A stretch of 64,000 nucleotides of DNA, from positions 11,180-75,179 of the forward strand of contig JAFSOV010000018.1 of assembly GCA_017443235.1 (NCBI GenBank), written 5' to 3'. The notes below the pieces were generated by a model. The model ran no database searches, was not told where the DNA came from, and saw only the letters and a list, made by a program, of their open reading frames with translations. This DNA comes from Alphaproteobacteria bacterium. GTDB lineage: Bacteria > Pseudomonadota > Alphaproteobacteria > Rs-D84. The position numbers and the translations under genes were made by a program. Numbering within the stretch: the stretch's first letter is position 1; every line of letters begins with the position of its first letter. Shown here one piece after another: positions 51,710-61,342 of the stretch.

Positions 51710-52477
51710 TTAGAAATCGATACCGAATTTAACACCGTAACCGATACCATCTTCCATTTCCCAATCGCCGGTGTAATGATTCATTGCACCATTGATATAC
51801 AAACCAACATATTTGGTTGCATCAATGTTATAGTTCACACCAAATGTACCGGTCCAACGGCCCCTATCGTGTGCCCAATCATCGGCATAGCCCGTGTATT
51901 CGGCACCCGCGACCAGGTTCCAATTTTCATCCAACGCCAATTGAGCATCGGCACCGGCGCGCCAAATATGCGAACCTTCGTCACCCCAATTGAATGTTTC
52001 GGTGTTGCCATAATTAAAGTCAACGTGACCCGCGATTGTCCATAAATATGTTGTGTAACCGGCGCGCAATCCCATTGTCCATGTATAGTGTGAATAGTCT
52101 TCATCCCAGAACGGTTTATGATCCGGCCATACATTGCCCAGGCCATAACGACCATAAACATCAACCTTCCATTCGCCACGGTCAAACACGCGTGCGGTCA
52201 AACCCAATGACAGATCTTCCCATGCCGCGCCATCAAAAGAATCGTATTCCGCCGCAGTCGTTTTCAAATCAACCGCCAAGAAATCTGTCACACCAAAACC
52301 GAATTCTTCACCCAATCTCCATGTTTCAGAATTTTCAGAATGAGAATACAAAGATGTTTCGCTGAAAAAATGGCCCGCGCGTGGCATATATAACGGATTA
52401 CCATCAATCACGTTTGCCGCATGTGCGCCCGATGCCGCGAACACAGCCAATAAAGAAGTTAAAGCAATTTTTTTCAT
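51710..52477 (-). CDS. Outer-membrane beta-barrel protein, paralog 3
   Basis: Same conserved termini as paralogs 1 and 2. Confidence 0.8.
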   Translation of the reverse strand: MKKIALTSLLAVFAASGAHAANVIDGNPLYMPRAGHFFSETSLYSHSENSETWRLGEEFGFGVTDFLAVDLKTTAAEYDSFDGAAWEDLSLGLTARVFDRGEWKVDVYGRYGLGNVWPDHKPFWDEDYSHYTWTMGLRAGYTTYLWTIAGHVDFNYGNTETFNWGDEGSHIWRAGADAQLALDENWNLVAGAEYTGYADDWAHDRGRWTGTFGVNYNIDATKYVGLYINGAMNHYTGDWEMEDGIGYGVKFGIDF

Positions 52478-52717
52478 TATTTATCCTTTCCTTGGTTTGT
52501 TTATTGGAAACTAGAAACTCCGTTTATCTAGTTATCAATATTTTCCTATTGAAAAAATAGAATTTCAAGAAAAAAGATTTTTGCGCCGGCACAAAAAATA
52601 TGATAAAATGGCACGCCGTGCGATTCGGAAAACAATCCCACGGCGCGAACCCCGCACCCATCGGCGTTTTTGTTTAATTTTTTATAAAATCGTCAAAGGA
52701 AAAAATTATTAAATAAT

Positions 52718-53737
52718 TTAATTATTGCCGGATTCTAATTCCGGATTGTTTAATTTTTTTATCTCGCGCCAGTCAGCATGATTTTTCATATGCGATTCGT
52801 AATCGGCCGAAAATTTGTGCCCGCCCCGCCCGTCTGCAACAAAGTACAAATATTTAGTATCCGCCGGATTCATCACCGCGCGAATCGCGTGCGACCCAAC
52901 ATTTGCAATTGGTGCAGGCGGCAACCCGTTGTTTCGATATGTGTTATACGGACTGTCTATTTTCAAATGTCCGCGCAGTAACGGTTCACCGCGCATATCG
53001 CCATACCCATCGGTCAACGCATACACAACCGTTGGGTCGGCCTGTAATCGCATTCCGCGCCGCAGACGATTCAAATAAACACTGGCGACAATTTTCATCT
53101 CGCTGGTCTTTGGCGTTTCTTTTTGAACAATAGACGCCAATGTTATAACATCATCCCACCCGCGCAATGGTGCCGGCGGATTGCGATGCATACGCATCCA
53201 ATTATTTTTTATATCCAACATTTTTTTGCGCGCCAATTCCAAAACCGCCAAACGCGAAGTCCCACGCGCAACATAATATGTATCGGGAAAAACATCACCA
53301 TCCGCCAAATCACAAACGGCGCGCCCATCATCACAATTAACATCACCCGTAAGTTTCGAATAATTCAACAACAAATCTTTGATTTGCAGAATGGTCAAAC
53401 CTTCGGGAATAACAATTTTTGTTGTTGCAATTTTTCCATTTGCGAACATACCGGCAATTTGCCAAACGGGCGCGCCCCGCGGAATTTCATATTCACCGCT
53501 TTGCACGCGCCCACCCCGCATTCGAATCGCTATTTTGAACGCCATATCTGAAAAGACAATTTTTTGGGAATCCAACCGCCGCGCGACACTTGTCACCGTA
53601 TCACCCGAATTGATATAAAACATAACCGATTCGCGAATCGGGGAACGCACACACATCGCATAGTAAATAACCACCACCATCGCAATCGCAATGATTACCA
53701 AATAACGTGCAAAAACTTTCTTGGTTCGCCTCCGCAT
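52718..53737 (-). CDS. mltG: Endolytic transglycosylase MltG
   Basis: IPEG, LASIVQKET, VYLNRL..GMRLQADPTV.Y, SPYNTY...GLPP.PI; start moved to MRRRTKK. Confidence 0.93.
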   Translation of the reverse strand: MRRRTKKVFARYLVIIAIAMVVVIYYAMCVRSPIRESVMFYINSGDTVTSVARRLDSQKIVFSDMAFKIAIRMRGGRVQSGEYEIPRGAPVWQIAGMFANGKIATTKIVIPEGLTILQIKDLLLNYSKLTGDVNCDDGRAVCDLADGDVFPDTYYVARGTSRLAVLELARKKMLDIKNNWMRMHRNPPAPLRGWDDVITLASIVQKETPKTSEMKIVASVYLNRLRRGMRLQADPTVVYALTDGYGDMRGEPLLRGHLKIDSPYNTYRNNGLPPAPIANVGSHAIRAVMNPADTKYLYFVADGRGGHKFSADYESHMKNHADWREIKKLNNPELESGNN

Positions 53738-53781
53738 AACAGAGGCATTATGCCAAATAAAAATCATTTTGCAAATTATGA

Positions 53782-54057
53782 TTACATAATCATATACATT
53801 TGAATCGCATATATTAAAACCGCCGCCACAATTCCAACAATATTTTTGTACTTTGGTGCAACCCATCGCGCAACAAAAAACGGCAACACGGCATACATCA
53901 AAAATAAGAAAGCATAAAAAACAAAAATATTTTCATATCCCCACACATAAAATAAAAACATTACCAGCAAAGATATAACCGTTGCGACCGCCCAGACCAC
54001 CCCCAAGGCCGGCAACAACAAAATCCAACGAATAATATCTTCATTTTTTACATTCAC
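53782..54057 (-). CDS. Small multi-TM hypothetical protein
   Basis: Three hydrophobic helices; GTG start after AAGGGG assumed. Confidence 0.55.
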   Translation of the reverse strand: MNVKNEDIIRWILLLPALGVVWAVATVISLLVMFLFYVWGYENIFVFYAFLFLMYAVLPFFVARWVAPKYKNIVGIVAAVLIYAIQMYMIM

Positions 54058-54070
54058 TGTAAATTGCCCC

Positions 54071-54916
54071 TTATATTTCACGACCACGCGGTTGGTATGC
54101 ATGCGATGATTCCGGAACAATCCTTTTTACGCCCCGCGCCGTTCGGCGACGCGAAACATTATTTTCAATATCATCCGATTCGAAACCATAAAACCAAGAC
54201 GAACCCGCCCCGTAAATATCGGACGCCTGGACATAGGCAAATCCACCACCATCGGCAACCGACATATTCAGTAAATCGTTAAATTCGGTCCGCGCACGAA
54301 ACGGCACATTTGCATAGGACATAATACGCGGCACGGTTGCATACCCATTTGAATTCATCATCGGATTTGCCGGGTCATAAAAAAATCTCTGCGTCCCAAG
54401 TTTTACTATTAAATATGCATGCGCCCCACCCCCAAGTTCTATTTTTGGGTTCGATTCGAAAAAAGTATTTCCACAACACATAACCGATTCTATTCCCACA
54501 TGTTGAAAATACATTTGCGCCAACAAAGAACATTCCACACACGCGGCGATTTTTCGCCTGAATGTTTCGGACAACAACATTGGATTATCTTTATTGCAAC
54601 GGCTTATACGCAACACCTCTTCCCTAAACGGGCGATTTTTTGCATGTTCCGGCCACATCATTTGCATATAGTCTTGAAAATTATATATTGCGATAAAATC
54701 ATCAACACCAATCTTGATATTTTTCGCATCAAGAAATTTTTGTATTTTTTCACGGTCAAACAATTTTCGCCGTTCGTCTATCTTGTTAAAATTAAAATTT
54801 TCCGCATCCAATTTATAGTGTGTATATTCTGCGGAAAACACTTCGTTCGGAATTAAATCCGCCACCATAAATTTTTTATCTGGGGCCGCCCATTGAAATA
54901 CAGGTCTTTTTTTCAT
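54071..54916 (-). CDS. Transglutaminase/papain-like fold protein (putative)
   Basis: Cys-His-Asp order: AACVECS, GAHAYL, FYDPANP. Confidence 0.55.
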   Translation of the reverse strand: MKKRPVFQWAAPDKKFMVADLIPNEVFSAEYTHYKLDAENFNFNKIDERRKLFDREKIQKFLDAKNIKIGVDDFIAIYNFQDYMQMMWPEHAKNRPFREEVLRISRCNKDNPMLLSETFRRKIAACVECSLLAQMYFQHVGIESVMCCGNTFFESNPKIELGGGAHAYLIVKLGTQRFFYDPANPMMNSNGYATVPRIMSYANVPFRARTEFNDLLNMSVADGGGFAYVQASDIYGAGSSWFYGFESDDIENNVSRRRTARGVKRIVPESSHAYQPRGREI

Positions 54917-55028
54917 ACAGACATTATAGCATAAAAAACACAGTTATTCAAAAGCGTTTCGCTCATCACTGTAACGCCGAACCAAATAAATTAAAACCGC
55001 CGCGAGGGATAGCGGCGGTTTAAATTTA

Positions 55029-55105
<77 letters not shown>

Positions 55106-55267
55106 AACATACACAACAAACAAACGTTCTCGAAGGAACGGTTCGATTATAGAGCAGTAATATCCATTTGCAACTTTTTTTTAACTTTTTTCATTTCCTA
55201 TCATATTTGTACTTGTTTTTTCGCGGAAATATAGCATTATTTAGTCGATTTGAAAAAAAGGACGCAT

Positions 55268-56953
55268 ATGTTTGCAACACGTTTCTTGGCCAAGAAAGAT
55301 TTTGAAAATTACGAAGACTATCGGCAAAATGGCGCGCCGATTGTACCGGAAAACTTTAATTTCGCGTATGATGTGATTGATGTTATCGCGCGTGAAATGC
55401 CCGAAAAAACGGCAATTATTTGGGTTGACGATGCGGGCAACAAAAAAACATTTACGTTTGCGGAACTGTCACGTATGTCAAACGCGGTTGCGAATTATTT
55501 AACTTCGCGCGGACTTAAAAAAGGCGACACGGTGCTACTGTTCCTGCGCCGCCGTTGGGAATATTGGGTTTTAATGATGGCGATGCATAAAACCGGCATT
55601 ATTCCCATTCCATCAACGAATCAGTTAAAGGCCGAAGACATCAAATACCGAATCGATACCGCCGAATCGCGCGCAATCGTCGCGTTTGATGATGGTCACA
55701 TTATAAATGAAATCAAAAATGCAATTGGCGATTCGGGTGTACTGTTGATATCTAATGAAGAAATTGCCGATTCGATAAACACTATGCCGGACACATTTGA
55801 ACGCATTCCAAATGAAAACACCGACACTATGGTAATTTATTTTACATCCGGCACCACAGATATGCCGAAAATGGTCGCGCATAATTACACTTACCCATTG
55901 GGACACATAAACACCGCGGTGTTTTGGCAAAGGTTAAATGACAACGATATTCATTTTACGTTAAGCGAATCGGGTTGGGCAAAATGTTCGTGGGGCAAAA
56001 TGTACGGTCAATGGTTGGCGGGCGCAACGGTATTCATATTTGATGTCGCCGGCATATTTACTGCACACGATTTGTGGCACGCAATATCTGAAAACGGGGT
56101 CACGTCTTTCTGTGCGCCACCGACCGTTTATAAAATGCTGATTCACGCAGACATATCTAAATATGACCTTTCAAAACTGACCAAGGCCGATGTCGCCGGC
56201 GAGGCATTAAATCCCGAGGTTTATGAACGTTTCTTGGAAATGACGGGCATAAAATTACACGAAGGTTTTGGCCAAACCGAAACAACGGTGCAATTGTTCA
56301 CCAACGGGTGGATTGAACCCAAACCCGGCAGTATGGGTATGCCCGCCGCCGGTTGGGATGTAAAATTATTGGATGAAGACGGCCGCCCCGCCCCCGATGG
56401 CAAAGTCGGTGAAATCTGCATATCAATTGAAAATGGTCGCCCGGTCGGTATGTTCCAAGAATACCATAAAAACGAAAAATTGACCGCCGCGGCGTTTCGC
56501 GATGGATTTTACCACACCGGTGACGTGGCATATCGTGACGCGGATGGATATTATTGGTTCGTCGGCCGCAATGACGATTTGATTAAATCATCCGGTTATC
56601 GCATTAGCCCGTTTGAGGTTGAAAGTGTACTGATGGAACATCCCGCGGTACGCGAAGTCGCGGTCACGGGAATCCCCGACCCATCACGTGGCCAGGCGGT
56701 CAAGGCAACGATAGTCTTGAACAAATATTTCCAAGGCAACGATATTTTAATCCGGCAATTACAGAATCACGTTCGCGACCGCACCGCGGCATATAAATAT
56801 CCACGCGTGATTGAATTTGTGGACAGTTTGCCAATGACCATATCGGGCAAGATTCGTCGTGCCCTGATTCGCACACTGGACAGCACCAAGAAAACAATCA
56901 TCACGCCGATTAAAAACACAATCGGCCTGGGTAAAGACGAAGAAGAGAAATAG
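55268..56953 (+). CDS. AMP-binding acyl-CoA synthetase (short/medium chain)
   Basis: YFTSGTT..PK, EGFGQTET, YHTGD, GR.DD.IKSSGYRI, LP.T.SGKI.R. Confidence 0.93.
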   Translation: MFATRFLAKKDFENYEDYRQNGAPIVPENFNFAYDVIDVIAREMPEKTAIIWVDDAGNKKTFTFAELSRMSNAVANYLTSRGLKKGDTVLLFLRRRWEYWVLMMAMHKTGIIPIPSTNQLKAEDIKYRIDTAESRAIVAFDDGHIINEIKNAIGDSGVLLISNEEIADSINTMPDTFERIPNENTDTMVIYFTSGTTDMPKMVAHNYTYPLGHINTAVFWQRLNDNDIHFTLSESGWAKCSWGKMYGQWLAGATVFIFDVAGIFTAHDLWHAISENGVTSFCAPPTVYKMLIHADISKYDLSKLTKADVAGEALNPEVYERFLEMTGIKLHEGFGQTETTVQLFTNGWIEPKPGSMGMPAAGWDVKLLDEDGRPAPDGKVGEICISIENGRPVGMFQEYHKNEKLTAAAFRDGFYHTGDVAYRDADGYYWFVGRNDDLIKSSGYRISPFEVESVLMEHPAVREVAVTGIPDPSRGQAVKATIVLNKYFQGNDILIRQLQNHVRDRTAAYKYPRVIEFVDSLPMTISGKIRRALIRTLDSTKKTIITPIKNTIGLGKDEEEK

Positions 56954-57000
56954 TGGGCAAGTGTTAGTGATTATAAAAAACCGCCCATCTGGGCGGTTTT

Positions 57001-57531
57001 TTATCTGCCACCAACACATTCACATTGACCGTTGTTACTACACATATAATATTCTCCGTTTGGATTATTACTACAATCTAACCAAGTGCAATCGGTCTCT
57101 GAATGGCACCGTCCATAAACATTTTTATCGGTTAAATTCCACAGGATGCATTCGCCATTTACTTCCTGATAACATGTTTTATATGTGACCGTTGTTTCCG
57201 GCAGGTTGGTTGCACTTTCTAATTCCCCCGCGACCCAATCCATTGCGCTGTTTAACAAGGAATTGGTGACCAGGTCCCCATCATTACAATCATCTTCATC
57301 AGGATCATTACAAATTCCGCGTTCACCGATTGTACCGGCGGTATCGGTATATGTGACAACGGTGTCGCCCGGTGTTGATGCATTTGTGCCGGTTGCCGGA
57401 ATCTTATTTTGTTTCAATGCGTCTTGGGCATCTACGTAATCTTTGGATGTAACCGTGGATGAAGTTGCCAGAACTGAATTGATTGTTAAAACCGATGCGA
57501 TTGCACCTATGCTAAGAATTGAAATCCTCAT
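57001..57531 (-). CDS. Small exported Cys-rich protein
   Basis: AAGGG RBS; signal peptide; TVTSKDYVD motif; Cys-rich C-terminus. Confidence 0.7.
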   Translation of the reverse strand: MRISILSIGAIASVLTINSVLATSSTVTSKDYVDAQDALKQNKIPATGTNASTPGDTVVTYTDTAGTIGERGICNDPDEDDCNDGDLVTNSLLNSAMDWVAGELESATNLPETTVTYKTCYQEVNGECILWNLTDKNVYGRCHSETDCTWLDCSNNPNGEYYMCSNNGQCECVGGR

Positions 57532-57574
57532 ATTCCCTTCCTTTTTTATGCTTGTTTGGTATGTTTATATGGTA

Positions 57575-57685
57575 ACAAAAAGGTACCTTTTTGTCCACCA
57601 CTTTTTTTAGAAAGTGCGATTCAGTAAAATCAATGACTTACAAAATCTTGCAGGGTGGTCAAAAAAAGGTACCTTTTTGTGACCA
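57575..57685. promoter_or_regulatory. Two copies of the palindrome AAAAAGGTACCTTTTT (candidate operators)
   Basis: Perfect 20-bp palindrome at 57575-57594 and near-perfect 30-bp palindrome at 57656-57685. Confidence 0.5.
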
Positions 57686-57703
57686 GTTTGCACACAAAAA
57701 CCG

Positions 57704-57843
57704 CCGTCATCCCGGCGCATTGGGCCCCGCAAAAACGCGTTCGCATTTTTGTGGGTGATACAGGCCGGGACCTCCGCGTCACCGTCGAAAATTGAAGAGA
57801 TCCCGACTTTAGTCGGGATGACGGTTGCTTTCGCCGGGATGAC
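57704..57843. repeat. CGTC-tagged REP-like doublet with nested mini-element
   Basis: CGTCATCCCGGC...GCCGGGAC and GATCCCGAC..GTCGGGATGACG, plus a partial CCGGGATGAC. Confidence 0.75.
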
Positions 57844-57862
57844 AATAAAAACGCGGTAATAT

Positions 57863-58189
57863 CTACCGCGTTTTTTGTATTTTTTCCAATACTGATTTTG
57901 TCATTATATCATTCGATATTTCACGTATTCGGGGTGCGGGGGTGGTGTCAAAAAAATTTCGCAATTCCGGCCACATTCCAACAATTGCGTTTGTTTGCAC
58001 GCCGCGCCAATAAACCGATTCTATAAAATCATTTTCACCGTCATAATATGTGCACGCCATATTTTTGCAATATGCGATGGCATTACGAAACACACATGCA
58101 CTGCAATTCCCAAATACACCGGCGGGAATTGCAACAAGATTATTTTTGAACCAGTTTTTCTTGTACTTATATTCCCGCCCTTCGGCCAT
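57863..58189 (-). CDS. Hypothetical protein with Cys cluster
   Basis: Starts directly after the fabF stop; CSACVF...C...C. Confidence 0.55.
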   Translation of the reverse strand: MAEGREYKYKKNWFKNNLVAIPAGVFGNCSACVFRNAIAYCKNMACTYYDGENDFIESVYWRGVQTNAIVGMWPELRNFFDTTPAPRIREISNDIMTKSVLEKIQKTR

Positions 58190-58191
58190 TT

Positions 58192-59442
58192 TTAACCGAC
58201 CTTTTTCATAACCAGTGACGCGTTTGTTCCGCCAAATCCAAAGGAATTGGACATTGCGACATTGACCGGACGTTTTTTCGCCTGATTCGGTACCAAGTCA
58301 AAGTCGCCGACTTCGTCAACCGGGTCATTCAAATTGATTGTTGGCGGAACAATGCCATCACGAATCGCCATGACGCAGAATATTGCCTCGACCGCGCCGG
58401 CCGCCCCCAGTAAATGCCCGGTCATAGATTTCGTGGACGACATACATGCATTTGTGCCGGCAAACATATTTTTCACCGCAATCAATTCGCCAATATCGCC
58501 CAAACCGGTTGATGTTCCGTGCGCATTGATATAATCTACATCCGCAGGGGTCAACCCCGCGTCGCGTAATGCCGCCGCCATCGCGCGCGCGCCACCTTCA
58601 CCACCTTCGGCCGGCGCGGTTATATGATACGCATCGCCCGACAGGCCGTAACCGGCAACCTCGGCATAAATTTTTGCGCCACGCGCAACCGCGTGTTCGT
58701 ATTCTTCCAACACCAAAATACCCGCACCTTCGGACATAATGAATCCATCGCGACCCTTGTCCCATGGACGCGACGCGTGCGTCGGGTCATCGTTACGGGT
58801 GCTTAACGCCTTCATGGCCGAAAATCCCGCAACGCCGATTTTACCGACCGCGCCTTCGCATCCGCCACATACCATAATATCGGCATCCCCGTGTTGAATC
58901 AAACGAACGCCTTCGCCAATACTGTGCGCGCCGGTCGCACACGCGGTCACCATTGCAACATTTGGCCCGCGCAGGCCATATTTAATGGATATATGTCCCG
59001 CCGCCATATTGATAATGCACTTTGGAATAAAGAACGGACTGATATGCCGCGGACCATTATTCGCCAATTCGATACAGTTTTCATATATGGTGTTCAGCCC
59101 ACCGATACCACTGCCGACCGAAACACCGACACGCGTCTTGTCACCCGTGTACGTGTCCAGGCCTGCGTCACGAACGGCCTCGTCCGCGGCAACAACACCG
59201 TACAAAATACATTTATCCATTTTGCGTTGTTCACGCGGTTCAACAACCGCATCCGGATTATATTGTCCGGGTTCGGTCCCGCGCACCGGCACACCCGCAA
59301 TTTGGCACGCCAAATCATCCGCCGCGAATTCGTCTATTTTACGAATGCCCGACCGACCGGCGACAACATTTTTCCACGCATATTCCACGCCACATCCAAC
59401 CGGAGACACAATTCCCATACCGGTGACAACAACTCTTTTCAT
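58192..59442 (-). CDS. fabF: 3-oxoacyl-ACP synthase II
   Basis: RVVVTGMG, TACATG, YINAHGTST, STKSMTGHLLGAAG, SNSFGFGG.N. Confidence 0.97.
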   Translation of the reverse strand: MKRVVVTGMGIVSPVGCGVEYAWKNVVAGRSGIRKIDEFAADDLACQIAGVPVRGTEPGQYNPDAVVEPREQRKMDKCILYGVVAADEAVRDAGLDTYTGDKTRVGVSVGSGIGGLNTIYENCIELANNGPRHISPFFIPKCIINMAAGHISIKYGLRGPNVAMVTACATGAHSIGEGVRLIQHGDADIMVCGGCEGAVGKIGVAGFSAMKALSTRNDDPTHASRPWDKGRDGFIMSEGAGILVLEEYEHAVARGAKIYAEVAGYGLSGDAYHITAPAEGGEGGARAMAAALRDAGLTPADVDYINAHGTSTGLGDIGELIAVKNMFAGTNACMSSTKSMTGHLLGAAGAVEAIFCVMAIRDGIVPPTINLNDPVDEVGDFDLVPNQAKKRPVNVAMSNSFGFGGTNASLVMKKVG

Positions 59443-59565
59443 AATACATTCCTTTATATGGTTATACTTAGTGTTTCCATAATAATATGTTTCAACCAAA
59501 AAATACAGAAAAAAAATCCGTCACGCGAAAATTGCGTGACGGAAAACACTTACATATTCAAAGTA

Positions 59566-59802
59566 TTATTTTTTTACGTGTGCATCGATGTATTTAACCG
59601 CATCACCCACGGTGACCAATTTTGCGGCTTCTTCATCTGGAATTGTGATGTCGAATTCTTTTTCAACTTCCATAACAAATTCCACAACGTCCAAAGAATC
59701 CGCGCCCAAATCGTTCACAAAAGCCGCCTTTTCTGTGACCTTGGCTTCATCCACGCCCAATTTGTCTGCTACGATTTTTTTTACTTTTTCAAAAGTTGAC
59801 AT
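59566..59802 (-). CDS. acpP: Acyl carrier protein
   Basis: [19 protein letters not shown]. Confidence 0.97.
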   Translation of the reverse strand: MSTFEKVKKIVADKLGVDEAKVTEKAAFVNDLGADSLDVVEFVMEVEKEFDITIPDEEAAKLVTVGDAVKYIDAHVKK

Positions 59803-59920
59803 TTTACATCCTTTGTTTTTGTTAAACTTTTTGTCATACCCATCATGACGTTTATGACCAAAAATTATCACTTTCGGGCCCGCCTGTCAAGAAATTATAA
59901 CAAACGATAACAAATATGCA

Positions 59921-60925
59921 TTATTCCACGTTTAACAACTCATCCAACAATTCATTCATATTATTGCGCAAATCTTCCCGGTCCCCGGCCCAGTTAAGGC
60001 GCCGCACAATAAACTTATACACATCATCCATGGTCAGGTTTGGAATACCGGCATCCGCCACAACCCGTGACCACGCCAGGCGCGGGTCGGTCAAATGCCC
60101 ATGGCCGCGCCCCGGAAACACCCAATAACCGTCTTGGGGTAAATCTTGCAATAACACAACCGCCATATCCGACAAAGGCCGTTCACCCCATGTATATCGG
60201 TTAAAATCTAAATCTTCCCATTGCATAGAAAAAACCAGATTCTTGGTTGCAAACCCATAAACCAACATCAGGAACGCCGCGCGCATAACATCGTCTTCGT
60301 AATTTTTGATTGCATCAACCAAACGCCGCAACCCGTGTTTATTCAGCGGCCTTACACGTCTGTTTTGTTGTGGCCGCGGCAACTTGGCGCACGGGTTTTC
60401 TTTAATGTACCCCGTATCAATGGCATACCGAAAAACGCTAAGCAGCAATTCCTGCATACGTTCTGCAATCGCCCCGCCGGAAATTGCCGCAATTGTATCT
60501 TGAACATCGGCCGGCGTAATATCCGCAACACTTTTATCAAACAACGGTTTCAAGTGCCGATTTATCGAACGCACCAATTTATCATAAGAACCCACAGACC
60601 GATGCACACGATTTTTCAAATACATTTGAACAAAATCGCGGAACAAAATTTTCTTGCGCTTTACCGGCGTTTTTTTCATTGCATCGGCCAAAACATTGGC
60701 GACGGCACTGCGCGCATCTTCGATATCCATATCCGGGTATTTACCGATAATGACGCGTCGGTCGCGACCCTTGATACGTTTCCGCACAAAGAACGTCTTT
60801 ACCCCACGACTTGTTATATACATACGAAGCCGCGGTTCAGAAACATCTTGAACGACATCAAAACCACGCGATGGCGCAATCAAATTGTCCAATATATATG
60901 GATTAAAGAAAAATTGATGTGCCAT
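59921..60925 (-). CDS. Integrase-like protein (arm-DNA-binding and core-binding domains) with degenerate catalytic domain
   Basis: LRMYITSRGVKTF...IGKYPD..IEDAR arm domain; FRYAI..GYI.ENP; W.DLDF; WVFPG. No HxLR box or terminal catalytic Tyr recognisable. Confidence 0.75.
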   Translation of the reverse strand: MAHQFFFNPYILDNLIAPSRGFDVVQDVSEPRLRMYITSRGVKTFFVRKRIKGRDRRVIIGKYPDMDIEDARSAVANVLADAMKKTPVKRKKILFRDFVQMYLKNRVHRSVGSYDKLVRSINRHLKPLFDKSVADITPADVQDTIAAISGGAIAERMQELLLSVFRYAIDTGYIKENPCAKLPRPQQNRRVRPLNKHGLRRLVDAIKNYEDDVMRAAFLMLVYGFATKNLVFSMQWEDLDFNRYTWGERPLSDMAVVLLQDLPQDGYWVFPGRGHGHLTDPRLAWSRVVADAGIPNLTMDDVYKFIVRRLNWAGDREDLRNNMNELLDELLNVE

Positions 60926-60953
60926 CGTTTCTCCTTTCTGGTTTTATTTATGA

Positions 60954-61322
60954 TTATTTTGCGCGCCCGCGAAACAAACCACGAACAAATGCGCGACGTT
61001 CTTGGCGTGCGTTATCAAGTGCCTTGTGCGCCGCAACGACATTCCAATTTTTCTCCTCATATGGGCAATCATTGTTTTCGCACAAATGGTGGCAATTAAA
61101 ATCGGCACAATTTCTTACGAATTCAATATCTTCAAAACTGTTTCTTGAAAACCAAGGCATCGCCATTTTGTTATAGCGATTTATGCACGCTTCGACCCGA
61201 CCATAATCTGCCCAGTCAACGGTTTCAAATGTTTTGGTGACCTGCGATTCCGCCGCACGCAGATTGCGACGCGCATCGCGAACATTTTTATTCAATTTTT
61301 TATATTCTTGTAATTTACTCAT
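60954..61322 (-). CDS. Hypothetical coiled-coil protein with Cys cluster
   Basis: AAGGA RBS; CADF.C...C....CPY. Confidence 0.6.
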   Translation of the reverse strand: MSKLQEYKKLNKNVRDARRNLRAAESQVTKTFETVDWADYGRVEACINRYNKMAMPWFSRNSFEDIEFVRNCADFNCHHLCENNDCPYEEKNWNVVAAHKALDNARQERRAFVRGLFRGRAK

Positions 61323-61342
61323 TTTATATTCCTTTTTGCTTT

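Noticed and set aside
59921-60925. Prophage or integrative element
   Set aside because: No phage or conjugation genes or att repeats; the neighbouring genes are mostly housekeeping.
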